Positions 1-13,922 of a stretch of 64,000 nt of DNA are shown piece by piece. The stretch's first letter is position 1, and each line of letters begins with the position of its first letter. The translations under genes were made by a program, and so were the position numbers. This DNA comes from Chrysomallon squamiferum (Eukaryota > Animalia > Mollusca): assembly GCA_012295275.1 (NCBI GenBank), contig CM022674.1, forward strand, positions 12,400,001 through 12,464,000, read 5' to 3'. The notes beneath the pieces were generated by a model. That model made no database searches. It was not told the DNA's origin and was given only the letters and a program-made list of their open reading frames with translations.

Positions 1-300
1 GCGACTGTTTTATGTGTTTGACTCTTCGTTACAGAGAACAAACAAACGAATCTATGCTACTAACCTGAAGTAATAACTGAGGCATGGCGGTAGCGATTTT
101 CTTTAATGACATTCTTGCTCACGCATAAGTTTTACAACTAACAGCCTTTTAATTGCTGTGTATATGTGCAAATACATCTCTCTATCATTTATTCTTTCTT
201 TCTTTTGCTGACTTTTCACTCTCTTTCAGTTTTCCTTTTCATGTTTCTCTATTCATATCGTCTCTTCTTTCTCTCTTTTTGCTTCTTTTTTTGTTCCTTT

Positions 301-301
<1 letters not shown>

Positions 302-378
<77 letters not shown>
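302..378. repeat. (CT)n microsatellite
   Basis: Perfect CT dinucleotide run. Confidence 0.97.
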
Positions 379-381
<3 letters not shown>

Positions 382-559
382 ACTACATCTTTAATTAAAC
401 TAAAGGTAACAACCCTCCCTTTCTCGAGAGACTAAATCTTTCTCTGACAGGATATCCCAGTCCAACACGTTCTCCAACCCAATCAGCCACTTATTGTTAA
501 TAACCCTGCGGTCTGACCACTGCTCTGTTTCAGCACCTGATAATGTTTTCTAAAATAAG

Positions 560-1900
560 TGTAAGAGAACACGTCAACATCGTGATAAAAATACGCTGAA
601 GACTGGTAGAACAATTATCTAAACTCTTGATCCAAACCGCGGAATTTTGTTCCTCGGAGGCGATGGAGGACGAAAGTGCAAGCTAAATAAAAAGAGATGG
701 GTTAAAAAAAAAAAAAAAAAAAGAGACAAAAAAATTACGATGAAAAAATCGCAGTATCAGCTCGGCACCATGAACGTACCGTTTCCAAGGAAACAGTTTT
801 CTCTCGAGTTTACTTCCCAGATTCAAATCGCGCCTAACTTGAGATAATAGTATTAGCACGGATGCAAAAGTGCTTTAAAAACCCTTCATAAACAATAAAA
901 AAGATATTTATTCGGCTTTTTTTTTTTTTTTTTCTGAGCAGAAGCCGTGTTTTATCAACGTATCGCATTCATCATCTAAAATAGCTTTCCCAGACACGAT
1001 AGAATCGTACGTACAAGATACGGTATTCATTCCGATTTGGGAGGCTGTTCCAACCTGCGCGCACACCCATATAGTATATCAACAAACGAAACTAGTTTAT
1101 ATTTAGAAATACGAATGTCATTCCCCAACAACTGCTACTTGTGAATTAAAGTTCGATGAATAAGCACTTAGATGGAAAACGATCTGACTAATGCTACAAA
1201 AATAAAAATGCGTCGACATTTCCTTCGGAAATAGCTCCGCTTTACGAGGGCGTGCACGCGCCAAACGAAACTAAGATTTCTTAGGATTTTTACAGCAGGT
1301 TTCCCCGTTCTTTTAGCTGGGGAGAGGAGAAAGGGACGAACGAATTTCTGTCTTCTCCTCTCAGTTTGTGGAAGTAAGGCAAATACGTTGGATTTGCAGA
1401 CGACGGAAAGTAAAGCAGATGTGCACTGTGTTTTAAAGCGTGTGTGTGTATTTCTTTGCTGCGCTGAAGCGAGTCGGAGAGATAGGGAGTTTGTGTAAAA
1501 AAAAAAAAAGAGAAGGGACCCACTTGTCAAAGTGACAAGCCTCAAGGGCCATGGCCAGATTTATCATTATGGAGAGAAAAATCGGACTAAGAACTTTGTT
1601 TATTGTTGCAGTTTTGTGTCTGGGGTGGACAATTGCCGACCAGGGTGTAAGTACACTTTATTATTATTGTTGTTGTTATACCCATCCATTTCTTTTCTCA
1701 CCTTCTGTTTAGCTCTGTTACTATCGCCGCCACCCCCTCCAGTTAAATATTGGCAACACGCCTAATAAATATTTTATTATAAATATTATTTATGTTTTAT
1801 TTATTTCGGAACATAATAACCGGTAGGCAGAAAACCTTTTGCACGAATAATGTTAAAAGCTTCAGGTAGACTGTTACTTTAAAAAAAAAAAAAAAAAAAA
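560..1900 (+). promoter_or_regulatory. CpG-retaining promoter / 5' UTR region of the perlecan gene
   Basis: CG dinucleotides are visibly frequent here (e.g. ctgcgcgcac, gggcgtgcacgcgcc) and scarce in the intron after ~1.95 kb. An initiator-like TCAGTT is at 1361-1366, with a near-DPE GGATT at +28 (1390-1394). Confidence 0.55.
1551..1646 (+). CDS. HSPG2: Perlecan coding exon 1: signal peptide MARFIIMERKIGLRTLFIVAVLCLGWTIA|DQG
   Basis: ATG in strong GCCATGG context, basic n-region, hydrophobic h-region (LFIVAVLCLGW), T-I-A cleavage motif. The 96 nt end at a gtaagt donor (1647) in phase 0, matching exon 2. It lies in the CpG-rich 5' region. A second in-frame ATG is at 1569. Confidence 0.8.
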
Positions 1901-4256
1901 ATTGTTAACACGAATAGTATTTATGCAGTTTGGTAAGTAGCGGCACTAAAAAAAAAAAAAAATCACTAAATTAGTTAAATAAAATGACATGTACAATAAA
2001 AATGAATCACCACTGACAAATTTTCTTATTACTATTATTTATTTTATTTTTAAAATCACTATTATTTTTTTTGGGGGGGGTTGCTAAGTGTTCACATATG
2101 CATTTTAGTAAATTTATCCGTTATAATATAATATAAACCTATTAATATATTTCACATGGTTAATTATTAAAAATTAGCCTATCATTATTATGTAAAAAAA
2201 AAAAAAAAAAAAAAAAAAAATGTTTATACTTTGTAGAAAAATGTTTAAAATCATAGTTATATTGATCATCATCATCATTATATGTTACCTAATATTCATT
2301 TAAAATTATTTTTATAAAATAAATGTCACTTGTATTGCTTCTAATATATAAAATTTTAGTTTTTCATTTTTATTTAGAATATATTTCTACAAGACACAAA
2401 ACATTCATTTTGTTTTAAAATTTGTTTGTGTATGCATTAATAATTTAAATTGGTATGTGCTTTTAAAAAAAATTATATCATAAAAACATGATATTAATAT
2501 CTTTAATAAAACACTTTACACTTTTGTATCTGTGTGTGTGTGTGTACACATACATATACATATATATAAAATTTCAAATATTATTTTTATGTAACCATTT
2601 AACAAATTTATACACTTCTTACCATTATATCATTTAAAATAGTTTATATAATGTTATAACATTTAATATTTTTTATATATTTTCTATTTATGTATAGTAT
2701 GTATAGTATAGTATGTATGTATGTATGTCACAAATATATACATACATAAATACATATACAAAGATACAAATACATAGGCTATATGTATGTAAGTGTGTAT
2801 GCATGTATATAAAGTTATATGCTATGTAGGTTATTCTTTGTTTGAATTCCTCCCTGTATTTTAAATCTTCAAGCCACACAAGTGTGTCAGGTTGTAATTT
2901 CTCACATCTGGCAGCAGTCAACATTTTCCAACTTCTTTTACTGGTCTACTAACTGTGGTCCTTCAACAGTTGTGATTCATGGGGTGGGTACTGGGGGGAT
3001 GATGTGTGCGTGATCACATGGCGCGAGCTGGATGGGGGAGGGAGAGGTGTGTTTGGGTGGTGTGATTCTGGATTTAAATTTTCTAATTTTTACCTGTTTC
3101 TGATCACCAGATGTGTTTGCCGACAGAGAGATTAGAGTTTATGGTGGCCGTGTTTGTGCTAGCACATAAAATAAAGTAGCCGACTTGCTTTTAAACATTT
3201 TTATTTTACCTTAATTAGTTTATGGTGGTCAAGTCTGTGTCTGTGCATACATTTAACAGTAATATCTGAAATTCTTAATCTTTAAATTGTCCCGGCGTTT
3301 GTGTGTCTTTCAGTAGCTGTCCTGCTTTTAAATAATTTTACCTTGCCTAATTAAACTTTATGGTACTCATGTCTGAGCTTGTATGAATAATACTGCAGCC
3401 AACTTCAGCATGGAAGTTTGAAACAGTTTTACACAGACTTTAATGGGCTTTGAAAGAATGATGCAATGTGTTTTAGAACTGCATAGCAACAGAGATAAAA
3501 ATGCTCTCTCATATTTCAGTAACAGTTATTATTATAAAAAATTACTTTAACAACATTCAGATTTGTAATATACTGGCCATTGCTTGTATATATTATTATC
3601 TTGTATAGATTTACAATTTTTACATTATAAAAATTATATGAATTGCTAAAAGTTATTTAACTGACAACTATGATTACATATATAAACATAGCTATCATTT
3701 AAATTAATTAACTAGACAGTAGCTAATTTAAGTTTGTTATTTAAGTTTGTCTGAAATAGCCAGTATCTGTCATGAATTTTAAACTTTCATATTTTTAAAT
3801 TTAAATTTAAGGTAGGTAGATATTCATGTGCTTCCAGCATACTTGTTTCAAAATTCTGATTTTTAAAAAATATTAATTGCAGTAAATTCAATTACAATTT
3901 ATGTATACATCGCATTGCTGAATTTAGAATGCTCAAACTGTTATAAAAGAATACATTATTAAAATTGTTTGTTTTAAAATTTATTTGATATTTAAATATA
4001 TATATATATATATATATATGTGCACTTGTTTACAGAAACTAGTATTTAACTAAAACATTAATGTCTGTATATGAGTAAAGATATTTTTGAATATTACATA
4101 ATGTTTTTCAGCTTAAACATTGTTTTAGGAGTAACTTGAACTGTTGTGAGTAATTCTGTTATGAGTAATTGTCTATGTTTACACTCCCTTTCTTATAAGT
4201 AGAGAGGAAAACACTAATTTTTCACAAAATACAACAAAAAATACCCATCCTGTGAA

Positions 4257-4295
<39 letters not shown>

Positions 4296-4460
4296 CATAT
4301 TGTTGGAAGTAAAATTGCAGCTCATTGGTTAGAGTGCTTGCCTGGTGTGTAATCAATCAAGAGAACTGTTTATGTCAGGTTATCTTTTATTGTGTTTCCC
4401 ATTCCAGACAGATCCCATTCATTAAAGGCAGTTCTGTCTGTGGGAGTGTGTATTTATGTA

Positions 4461-4505
<45 letters not shown>

Positions 4506-4802
4506 CAATTAACATCAGCTAATGGCATCATGTTTCCTGTTTCATACAAAATATCCTTAAACTATGTGCGACATTCTGAAAATAAAAACAAATATTAATA
4601 ATAACTCTATTAGCAAATGTTTAATCACAGCTTATGAATGAATAATTTATTCAGATTTTGTAAGCAACGGGTTATTATCTAACAAGAATCTGATGATATA
4701 CTGAAATAATACCAAAACATTACATAATACATTAAACTAATAATAAACCATAAATAATCTTTCTTTATTTTTATATCTGTACTGTTTCTGTTCTCTGGTT
4801 AT

Positions 4803-5385
4803 ATACACAGACAAATCACAGACAGTTATGCACAGACAAATCACAGACAGTTATGTACAGACAAATCAGACAGTTATGTGCACAGACAAATCACAGACAG
4901 TTATGTACACAGACAAATCACAGACAGTTATGTACAGACAAATCACAGACAGTTATGTACACAGACAAATCACAGACAGTTATGTACAGACAAATCACAG
5001 ACAGTTATGTGCACAGACAAATCACAGACAGTTATGTATACAGACAAATCACAGACAGTTATGTACAGACAAATCACAGACAGTTATGTGCACAGACAAA
5101 TCACAGACAGTTATGTGCACAGACAAATCACAGACAGTTATGTACACAGACAAATCACAGACAGTTATGTACACAGACAAATCACAGACAGTTATGTACA
5201 GACAAATCACAGACAGTTATGTATACAGACAAATCATAGACAGTTATGTATACAGACAAATCACAGACAGTTATGTACACAGACAAATCATAGACAGTTA
5301 TGTACACAGACAAATCATAGACAGTTATATATACAGACAAATCATAGACAGTTATGTACACAGACAAATCACAGATAGTTATGTA
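4803..5385. repeat. Minisatellite, 25/27-bp unit ACAGACAAATCACAGACAGTTATGT(AC), ~22 copies
   Basis: Directly visible tandem array. It explains ORFs 4828-5409, 4853-5239, 4878-5378 and 5182-5367. Confidence 0.97.
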
Positions 5386-5632
5386 TCCAGTCTTGGTTTT
5401 GCAGTGTAATGATGATAATCTGAGGATTAAGAGATCAAAGGTTAGGTAGATGTCAGGATTAAAAAGTTAATCTGGGATTTCATGCTTCACTGCGTCTTTG
5501 AGTAGTTGCCTCCTTGATGTTTGGTTTAGAATTGCAGTTTACAGGAAAAGTTTTTACTGAGTCACAAAGCAAGCAAATGAGCAAAAATAACTGAAACAAA
5601 ACTGTCATTCTTGTCAGTTTCATATCATTATT

Positions 5633-5673
<41 letters not shown>
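5633..5673. repeat. (TTG)n microsatellite
   Basis: Direct trinucleotide run. Confidence 0.9.
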
Positions 5674-5674
<1 letters not shown>

Positions 5675-7677
5675 ACAGTGAGCGAATAAACTTTCTATAA
5701 GTTAGTGGTTTGGCTTATTACATAAGATCAATCCCAGTTAATGAGACAGTGAGAAAATGAGCTGCAGATAAATATTTGATAGAAGGCTTGGAGCTAAGTG
5801 GTAAAGAATGGCCACAAAACACACGATAATATTAATAAATAAATATATCTATACATATGTAAATGAATATCTGTATGTGTGACTTCTAACAACTGTTTAA
5901 TGTTCCTTTATTCAGATTGAGAAGTTTTGTTGTTTGAATTTATAATAATTATGAAACATTTATTGCTGTCCTGCTGTTTTATAGACACTTCAGTAAACAT
6001 GAACAAGAAGAAATAAAAAACTCTCCCATTTTGATTTGTTCTTCATTTGCAAGACGTTTCCATGAAATATCAAATAAAGATAAAATATTAACAGTTAGAC
6101 CCTGCTGTGATATGTCATAATTAATACACAGCTGATTAAGCTCATAAATTAGTCAAAAACTAAAACAAATTTCGGATAAACTGGTCTAAAACCCCATCAT
6201 CCCACTATGTCTTCGAATGCTGAATGGACTGAAAGTCCAGTCCTTACAGCTAAAACCTGATTTTCTCCACCAGACTTTTGAACACTCACCAAATAAAAGT
6301 TCAGTATATATAACAGAAGGTCTAAGAACCCCCAAGCATTAATCTTTTGGTCTAAAACTCAACAAGCACCAGGCCTTGGCTCCAGTACACCAAATACTTA
6401 ACAAGTTGTCTATAACCCAGAGATGAATACTTCAGATGGTCTGTTATAGATAGACTCAGATACTGTCACCTTCCATAATGTAAGAACTATTCCTAGGTTG
6501 AACTGAGTGCAGTCTGACTAGACTTTGTCCTTGTTCTCACTGCTGGCTGGCTATATGTAGTAGTTTATAGCTAAATCTTTCAAAAGGACCAGTTAAGCTA
6601 CTACATACAAGATTTCATTTTTGATGCATTAAAGAGAGAGATTCTTATAAAAGTAGTTTTTGCTGTTAAAATGTTAATAAAAATATTAATTGTACATTTG
6701 TAAATATATTATTATTGTTGTTGTAGTTTTGTTATTTTTAATGTCATTATTATGATTATTAATATTAAAATTAATATTATTTTTATTAATAATTACTGGT
6801 AGTATAGAAGTACTAGTTATGGTGGTAATTGCAACAGTAGCAGCAGTGTACTCTTTGTTTTTAAGGTATTTTTACTTAAGCAATCTAATATCACAAAAAA
6901 AAATGAAAATAGAAGACACAGCATTCCCTTGTTACTCAAAACTTTATTATTAGCAAACGTTGGTTGTTGCTAACAAAATGATCACCTGAAAGTATATAAA
7001 ATATATTCATGTTGTTCACACCATCATAATTATGTGAAAGGACAAACATTTGTATTTGAAAAGGTTTGTAAAAGCTTTGAATGAAATGTAATTTTCACTT
7101 TTTTTCCCACAGTCTGGATAGAGTATATTACAATATACTACATTCACTGCTAAAAGAATGTGTATTAGAGGTGATTATATATTTAGTATTACATACATAT
7201 GTTATTCTTTTCTTGAACACAATTTGCTGACACAGAAATTGGAATTGTACAACTCCTCCTTAAGAGATTATGAATCATCTGTGTTTGAAGACTAGAAGAT
7301 CAATGTAATGGTGAATTGATTTGTAGTTAAAATGGAAATTAGAAAAAAAAAGCAGACATTTATGTGGTTGTGTCATATTAATGTCATAACTGTCAGACTA
7401 ATGATGAATGCCAGAGTAAAAGCCATTATTAGTCTTGATCTTTAAAATCTTTTTAATGGTTATTTATGTTGTGTTGAATAATAATCTGTGTTTTGTTAAA
7501 TGATATAACTTTCTAAATAAAGACTTTTATTGTAAACTGTGGGATTTAGAAAATGATCCAACTGCTGTTTTTTATTTCTTTGTAATTTAAAATGATTTCT
7601 TTTGCCATAAATATTAACAATCCTTTTATCTATACATAATTTTTTAATGTATCATTATTATTATCATTATCACTATT

Positions 7678-7709
<32 letters not shown>

Positions 7710-8445
7710 TATTATTATTATTATTAAATTTTTTAGGGTTTTTTTGTTATTGTCATCATTTTTAAATATTTTTTTCAAATCTGTCTTAACTAGAATTAGA
7801 AGTATTATAGTGTAGTCATCAGTTTTTCAAAGCAGCCATGAAAATAATTTAACCTTTTAGGTCAAGAATTATCTTCATGTGTGTTCTCTCTCGCTGGTGT
7901 TGATGATAATTCAATTACTGGCCTCTGGTAAGAGAAAAAATCTGCTGAGCTCAAACAGTGTGTGTGTGTGTGTATCTCTGCCTTACCAAACACTGCAGCT
8001 TTTGTGCGTCTTGCCAAACGGTTCCACCTCAGTGAGCAGGACAAATGTTCTGTAACTTTGCCAAAGTGTGAGTGAGCTGGAGTTTTTGTTTGTTTGTGTT
8101 TTCTTCATCTCTGTCTGTGGTCGTTCTGCTGGTTTCTTCTCGCTTGCAATGAAACAGATGCAGACCCAGTTTTAGGAATTATTCCATAACCATATGGAGA
8201 TGTCTGCTGCTCTGAGGTTGGGGTGGGGGGGTGTGTGTGTTGATGATGGTCTTAGGTTCTGGTTTCCTCAGTACAGCCTTTGTCCTGTTAAACCAGCACC
8301 AAGAAACTTGCACAGACATAATGACAGATAGACATACAGAACAATATCTACAACATATATATATGTGTGTGTGTATATATCTATATCATTATATACACAC
8401 ACATCTACACATCCATGTATGCACACACACACAGAAGGTCTTAAG

Positions 8446-8500
<55 letters not shown>

Positions 8501-9579
8501 ATATAAAGACTCTAACCCCTTGAATTATGTGTCTGTGTGTATCTGTTAGTGTTTGTCCAAAGTCCTTGGTGATTGAATACAAATTATAATCAGGGAGTAT
8601 TTACAAGGGAAACATTCAATAAAAATTTTTAACAATAAGGAAATAAACTAAATATACCATTACATGATACTTAAATGATGTTAAATGAAAAAAGATCTAA
8701 AAAAAATAACCCCAAAAATGAGAGAAAATAAAAATAAAAATATAAATAAATTAGTTAATTTAGTTAAAAGAATTATAATAATAATGATAATAATAATGAT
8801 AATAATAATGATGATGATGATCAAACTATAAACAGATTTGAGATATTTTCCATATTTTTGGATAATGTCATGATGACCTATCCATATAAAGATTTTGTAC
8901 CACCAGCAACATATTTAAGTCTAAAAAGTTTACATTAGAAATAGTGTCACATTAATGCAAAAAGCCTATTAACCCATTAAAGGCTGAAGCATTAAAGCTG
9001 CTGTTACAAGGACACGTCTGTGAAGTGCAGGTAAATAAAAAGACATGTCCTATTGTGTTAAGTGAATCACAACTGCAGCCTGTCATTGCAAACCACATCA
9101 AACTTGGTACACTGCTGAATCATGCATTTTTATTAATAACTGACTCAGGCTATGTAACTTGGGTTGCAAACTCATTGCATAATGTCGTGGTATGTGCTGA
9201 TGGTACAAAACAGATAATGGTCAAGCAGGTTTGTCTCAGTTTGTGTTCCAAATTTTTTTCTTTTTGGTTTTTCAAATAATTTGTTTTATATAAATTCCAA
9301 TTTTTGGATAAAATTAAGAAAACAAATTTTTCTAACATTATAATATATCACTAACTTTCAAAGTTTAGTGAAGATAACTGGTTTTGGTTTTATATTATTA
9401 CAATTATTTTAATTTATTTTATGATATTTTATTTTATTTTATTTACTGAATTTATTTATTTATTTTATTTATTTATTCATTTATTGATTTGAAAACAAAT
9501 CCCTTCTATTTTCTTATTTCCCATTTCTCCCAGGGCTCTTTAAATCATCTTTCAAAAGGAATTCTTATTACTCACTATC

Positions 9580-9773
9580 TGTAACAAAGTACAAGGTATT
9601 TATTGTCCTGTCTGTGGGATGGTGCTTATAAAAGATAACTTATTGCTAACTGGAAAGAGTAACACATGAAGTGACAGCAGTGGATTTTTTCTCTTGTTAT
9701 CTGAATGTTCTTTAACAGTCTAACTGCAAATAAAATGTGCAGTGTGTTGTTAAATAAAGCAGTTCCTTCCTTC
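9580..9773 (+). mobile_element. Degenerate SINE relic (MetaSINE-like core plus 3' tail)
   Basis: tgtcctgtctgtgggatggtgcttataaaagata...tgctaactggaaagagtaacacatgaagtg...gttaaataaagcagttccttccttc resembles the mollusc SINE core I recall (TATCCTGTCTGTGGGATGGTGCATATAAAAGATCCCTTGCTGCTAATCGAAAAGAGTAGCCCATG). It ends in a TTCC-repeat tail, and related fragments recur in this window. Confidence 0.65.
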
Positions 9774-12389
9774 TTAAATATCCAACATGTAATAATAACC
9801 TTTGATGATAATAAAGGTCTGAGATTTTTTTTTTCATTCATTCATTCATTCATTCATTCATTCATTCATACATTACTTCGGTGATAAAAACTAGTTTCAG
9901 CGCTAACAATTTGTCTCATATCTCACAGTTTCTAGTATTTCAGCTGTTTCTCTCTAACAAGCCAATTAACCGGTTACCTTTCATTGCCAGTGATATTTCA
10001 AAAATGCACCTTTGTATTGTTTGTGCAGATAACCTAGGTTTTTACAACTGTGTATGATTAATGCGAAATATTTTGTCAATATTATTTACAGATATTAGTA
10101 GTGGGTGTGGATTAGGTTTCTTTGTATGTGTCTGGATGTGGTGTTTGTGTCTGTGTTTGGTGTACTGTACATTGTTGTCTGTCTCCTATTGTTATTTGTA
10201 TTTATAGAGGGTGTTTATATATGCTGTATATGGATATGGAGTTACCACCTGTATTTATGTACATATAATATTGTATATGGATATGGAGCACATCCTATAT
10301 TTGATACATCAATGTCAATGTTATTTAAGAACTTGTCTGTTGTAGTTTGTATTTATGGGTTTTTACACCTGTATTTATTTAGGCCTACATGTAATGGAGC
10401 TGTTTTAAGTTTCAACAAAGTATTTTTTACTAACATATATTTACACTTTACCCTTTACATTCAGTAGTTATATAAACAAATATGTATGCATAGACACACA
10501 CACACATACAAATATACATACATATATATTTACATAATGTGCATATGCACACAAAAAAATAGATATATGCATACACACTTGCACACACCTGCACACACCC
10601 ACCCACCCACCCACACACACACATGAACATACATACATACATAAGAACATACATATATATATATATTATCATAAATACATACAAACATACTTACATAAGT
10701 ACATACAGATGGATATACACATGCCCAAACATGCAAACATTCACATGTGCACACACACACACACACACACAGTCTTACACACCTGGGCTCATAGTCTTAC
10801 GTACATACGCAGCAGGTATATGTTTTAATGTCTTTTAACTCTGTGTATGAAAACAGTGCAGGTATTTTGCTTGTCTGCACTTTTTCTTTTTGCTTAGCTG
10901 GCACGAGTGTCTGGTGAGTGGCTTCTTTGATAGTCACTGGCAAAGTAAACATCGGGGCTCTATATATATAATGTGCATGATTCATCGATGCGTTCTGTCT
11001 ACCTACGCTTTTCTCCTGTCTGTTCTGTGCATGGCTCAACTAGGCCAGTAATGTTTTATTTATGATATTAAACACACAAGTCACGTTATTGACGTAGGTT
11101 AAAAAAAAAAAAAAAGTAAATAAATTGAAAGTAGGTAAATGTAGGTCAAAAATTGTGAAGCATTTGTTTGGATGTATTTTTATTCTTCTTTGAAGAGTTT
11201 TGCACTTTCATTGTCAAGAGAGTGCATACACATACACACACAAACAATACACCACATACATGCACACATACATTGATATAAACACATACATCCATACATA
11301 TATGCATTACATGACATAACCCACAAATGCATACACACTGTATACATCTCATATATGTCACACATTACACACACACACACTACATTTTATTTGTATTTTA
11401 TTTATCATCATTAAAATATACATGTCTAACTATTTTCAAACTCTACAACTTATTTATTTTCATTCAGAGTAGTTGAAAATAACTCTCTGAATCTGATGTA
11501 CAAACAAGAAACAGTTACCTGTGTTTACCTGAGAAGGTATATTTCTTTGATGTATGTTGAAGAGCACTGGAACATGTTATGAGATGACAGGTAAACCAGG
11601 TGAACTGGGTTGTTGTCTGTTCATGTCTGCCTACCATGAACACGTCAGACATTTTTTATATGAAAATATTTACATCCATTCTGATATAAATTTTCATTTC
11701 AACTTTTTTCCAGTTATTACTGTATATGAAAGCCTATTGTATCTGCTTTTCTGTTTTACTGAGAGAAAAAGAAAGTATTGTTGTTCTTTTTGTTATTGTT
11801 ATTATTATTATCATTGCTTTTGTTATTAATATTGTTATTATTATCACCATCCCTGTTTAATACTGTCCAACACTGTCCTTTTTATTGAGGTGGCTGTTAA
11901 AGATAATTTCTACAAATGTTAATAATATGTTCATTCTAATCATAAGTGACAAATAATCATATATTCCAGTTTCTTCCATTCAGCAGTGGCCTTTTTACTG
12001 AGGTGGCTGTAATAGAGAAATGCTGTGTCAATAATGTTTTTTAGTTATTTTATTCACAGGTGTATTATTATTAAGGTGTTCGTTACTCCATTCAACACTG
12101 TCCTTTTTACACAAGTAGTTGCAGTAGATAAAATGAGTGTCAGACATTTGTGCCCCTAGTTGTTCCACTCAGAGCTGTCCTTATTATGAAGGTGGCTGTA
12201 AAAAGTAAGTTGTCGGTGAGTTGTCTCTCAGCCATGTGGGAGGCTAAAACTTTTCATGCTTGTTCTGTTTGTAAAACAGGCAGTCAAAACATTTTAAAAA
12301 TAACATATCCTATTTCACACATCATTGATTTCTGTGTACAGGCGATTGTGAGGATTGTGGAATGCATGTGAACATTAATTTGGTATACC

Positions 12390-12810
12390 TGTATAGGTGT
12401 TGCTTCATAATTGTATGTAAGTATGTCCTCAGGTAGATGTATTGCATAGAGGTGGGTCTATACAGATATATTTTATATAGATATGTCTTGAGATATATAT
12501 TGTATACTAATGTCTTCAGATAGATTATATAGCATACATGTGCTTTCAGTAGATACATTGTTTACAGGTGTGTCCTCAGGTAAATACATTGTATTCAGGT
12601 AGATACATTGTATTCAGGTGTGTCCTAAGGTAGATACATCGTTTACAGGTGTGTCCTCAGGTAGATACATTGTGTTCAGGTGTGTCTTTAGGTAGATGTA
12701 TTGTATTCAGGTGTGTCTTCAGGTAGGTACATTGTATTATGTATGTCTTCAGTTAGATATACTGCACACAGGTGCGTCATCAGTAGAAATTGTGAACACA
12801 GGTATCAAGT
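12390..12810. repeat. Minisatellite, 31-bp unit CAGGTGTGTCCTCAGGTAGATACATTGTATT, degenerate at the edges
   Basis: caggtg recurs at 12615 and 12646 (period 31) and onward. Confidence 0.88.
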
Positions 12811-13016
12811 CATGCACCTGAAAACTCTGGTCAGACAGAAATGAATGACTGCATGGACCATTAACAATTAAATTAGATTGATGTCCTGTGGCTTGTGTTG
12901 TCATGCTGTGCACTGAGCCAGTTTGTAATTGTCCTGTCTGACAAAACAGATTATCATTGCCATATACATCTCTCTCTGTGTGTGATAACATAGGCGCTAC
13001 ACGTTAGGTATATAAT

Positions 13017-13059
<43 letters not shown>

Positions 13060-13908
13060 TAGTGATGGTGGAACTGATTGTTGGGAAGAAAGTGTGTATG
13101 TTGTATGCTTGTGTCATTTTGATTGAAATAAAAATTGTTATTGTAAGCGTGTGTGTGTGTCTTTTTGTATGGTTTGTCACTTTATGTTTTAAAATAACTG
13201 CATATTGTTAGTGTTGTTATGTGTTTGTGTTTTTGTATTTGTGTGTGCATGTGTAAGTGTTAATACTATGTATGTGTGTACATATATGTTTGTGTTTGTT
13301 GTATATATGTGTATGGAAGGTATGTTGATAGGCATGTTATTGTTAATTGGGTATGGATATACTTGAATGAATGTTTTGGTTGTGTATGTATGTATGTATG
13401 TATGTATGTATGTATGTTTATGTGCATGTGAGTCTGTATGTATATATGTGTATATGTGTTTATGTGTGTATATGTGTGTGTGTGTGTATGCATTTATGTG
13501 GGTATCAGTTTATATGCATGTTTGTATTTTTTAAATCATTCAGTTTCACGGTCAGCTTGTTTTTCACCACCTTCACAAATCTTCTAATTAGAACACAAAA
13601 CATGAAGCCCAGATGTTAATCCCCACTCACTGCTTTTGCACACATAACCACTAACAATATCAATCCCCTGAAATTTGTTTTTTACCTTCCGAGTTCGTTT
13701 TCTACATATTTTATTCTCACCTGCACAAACGATGCAATTACGGGACAAAAACACCTTCGCCAGGTGTAAATCTCTACCTGTTGTTTTAGCTTACACTGCA
13801 CCAGAAATATCTCTGCCACTGCTTCATTCATCTGGGTGTGTGGTTTGCCCTGCAAATATTTGTCTGGCCTTTCAAAGAGTTAACACCCGCAACATGTGTC
13901 TGGATTCC

Positions 13909-13922
13909 CCGCTAGGTGGCGC
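13909..13922 (+). promoter_or_regulatory. CTCF-like binding motif CCGCTAGGTGGCGC
   Basis: Close match to the bilaterian CTCF core (CCRSYAGRKGGCRS). Two CpGs are retained in an otherwise CpG-poor intron. Confidence 0.5.

Noticed and set aside
1532-1765. ORF-track 77-aa ORF over exon 1, and the minus-strand ORFs at 1168-1545
   Set aside because: Wrong frame or strand. The ATG 1551 frame gives a signal peptide ending at a canonical donor in the correct phase.
4828-5409. Repetitive ORFs (HRQITDSYV / TDKSQTVM)
   Set aside because: They are products of the 25/27-bp tandem repeat.
11860-12200. Recurring cactgtccttttta..gaggtggctgtaa motifs suggesting a DNA transposon relic
   Set aside because: I could not define termini or a target duplication, and the sequence is too degenerate to call.
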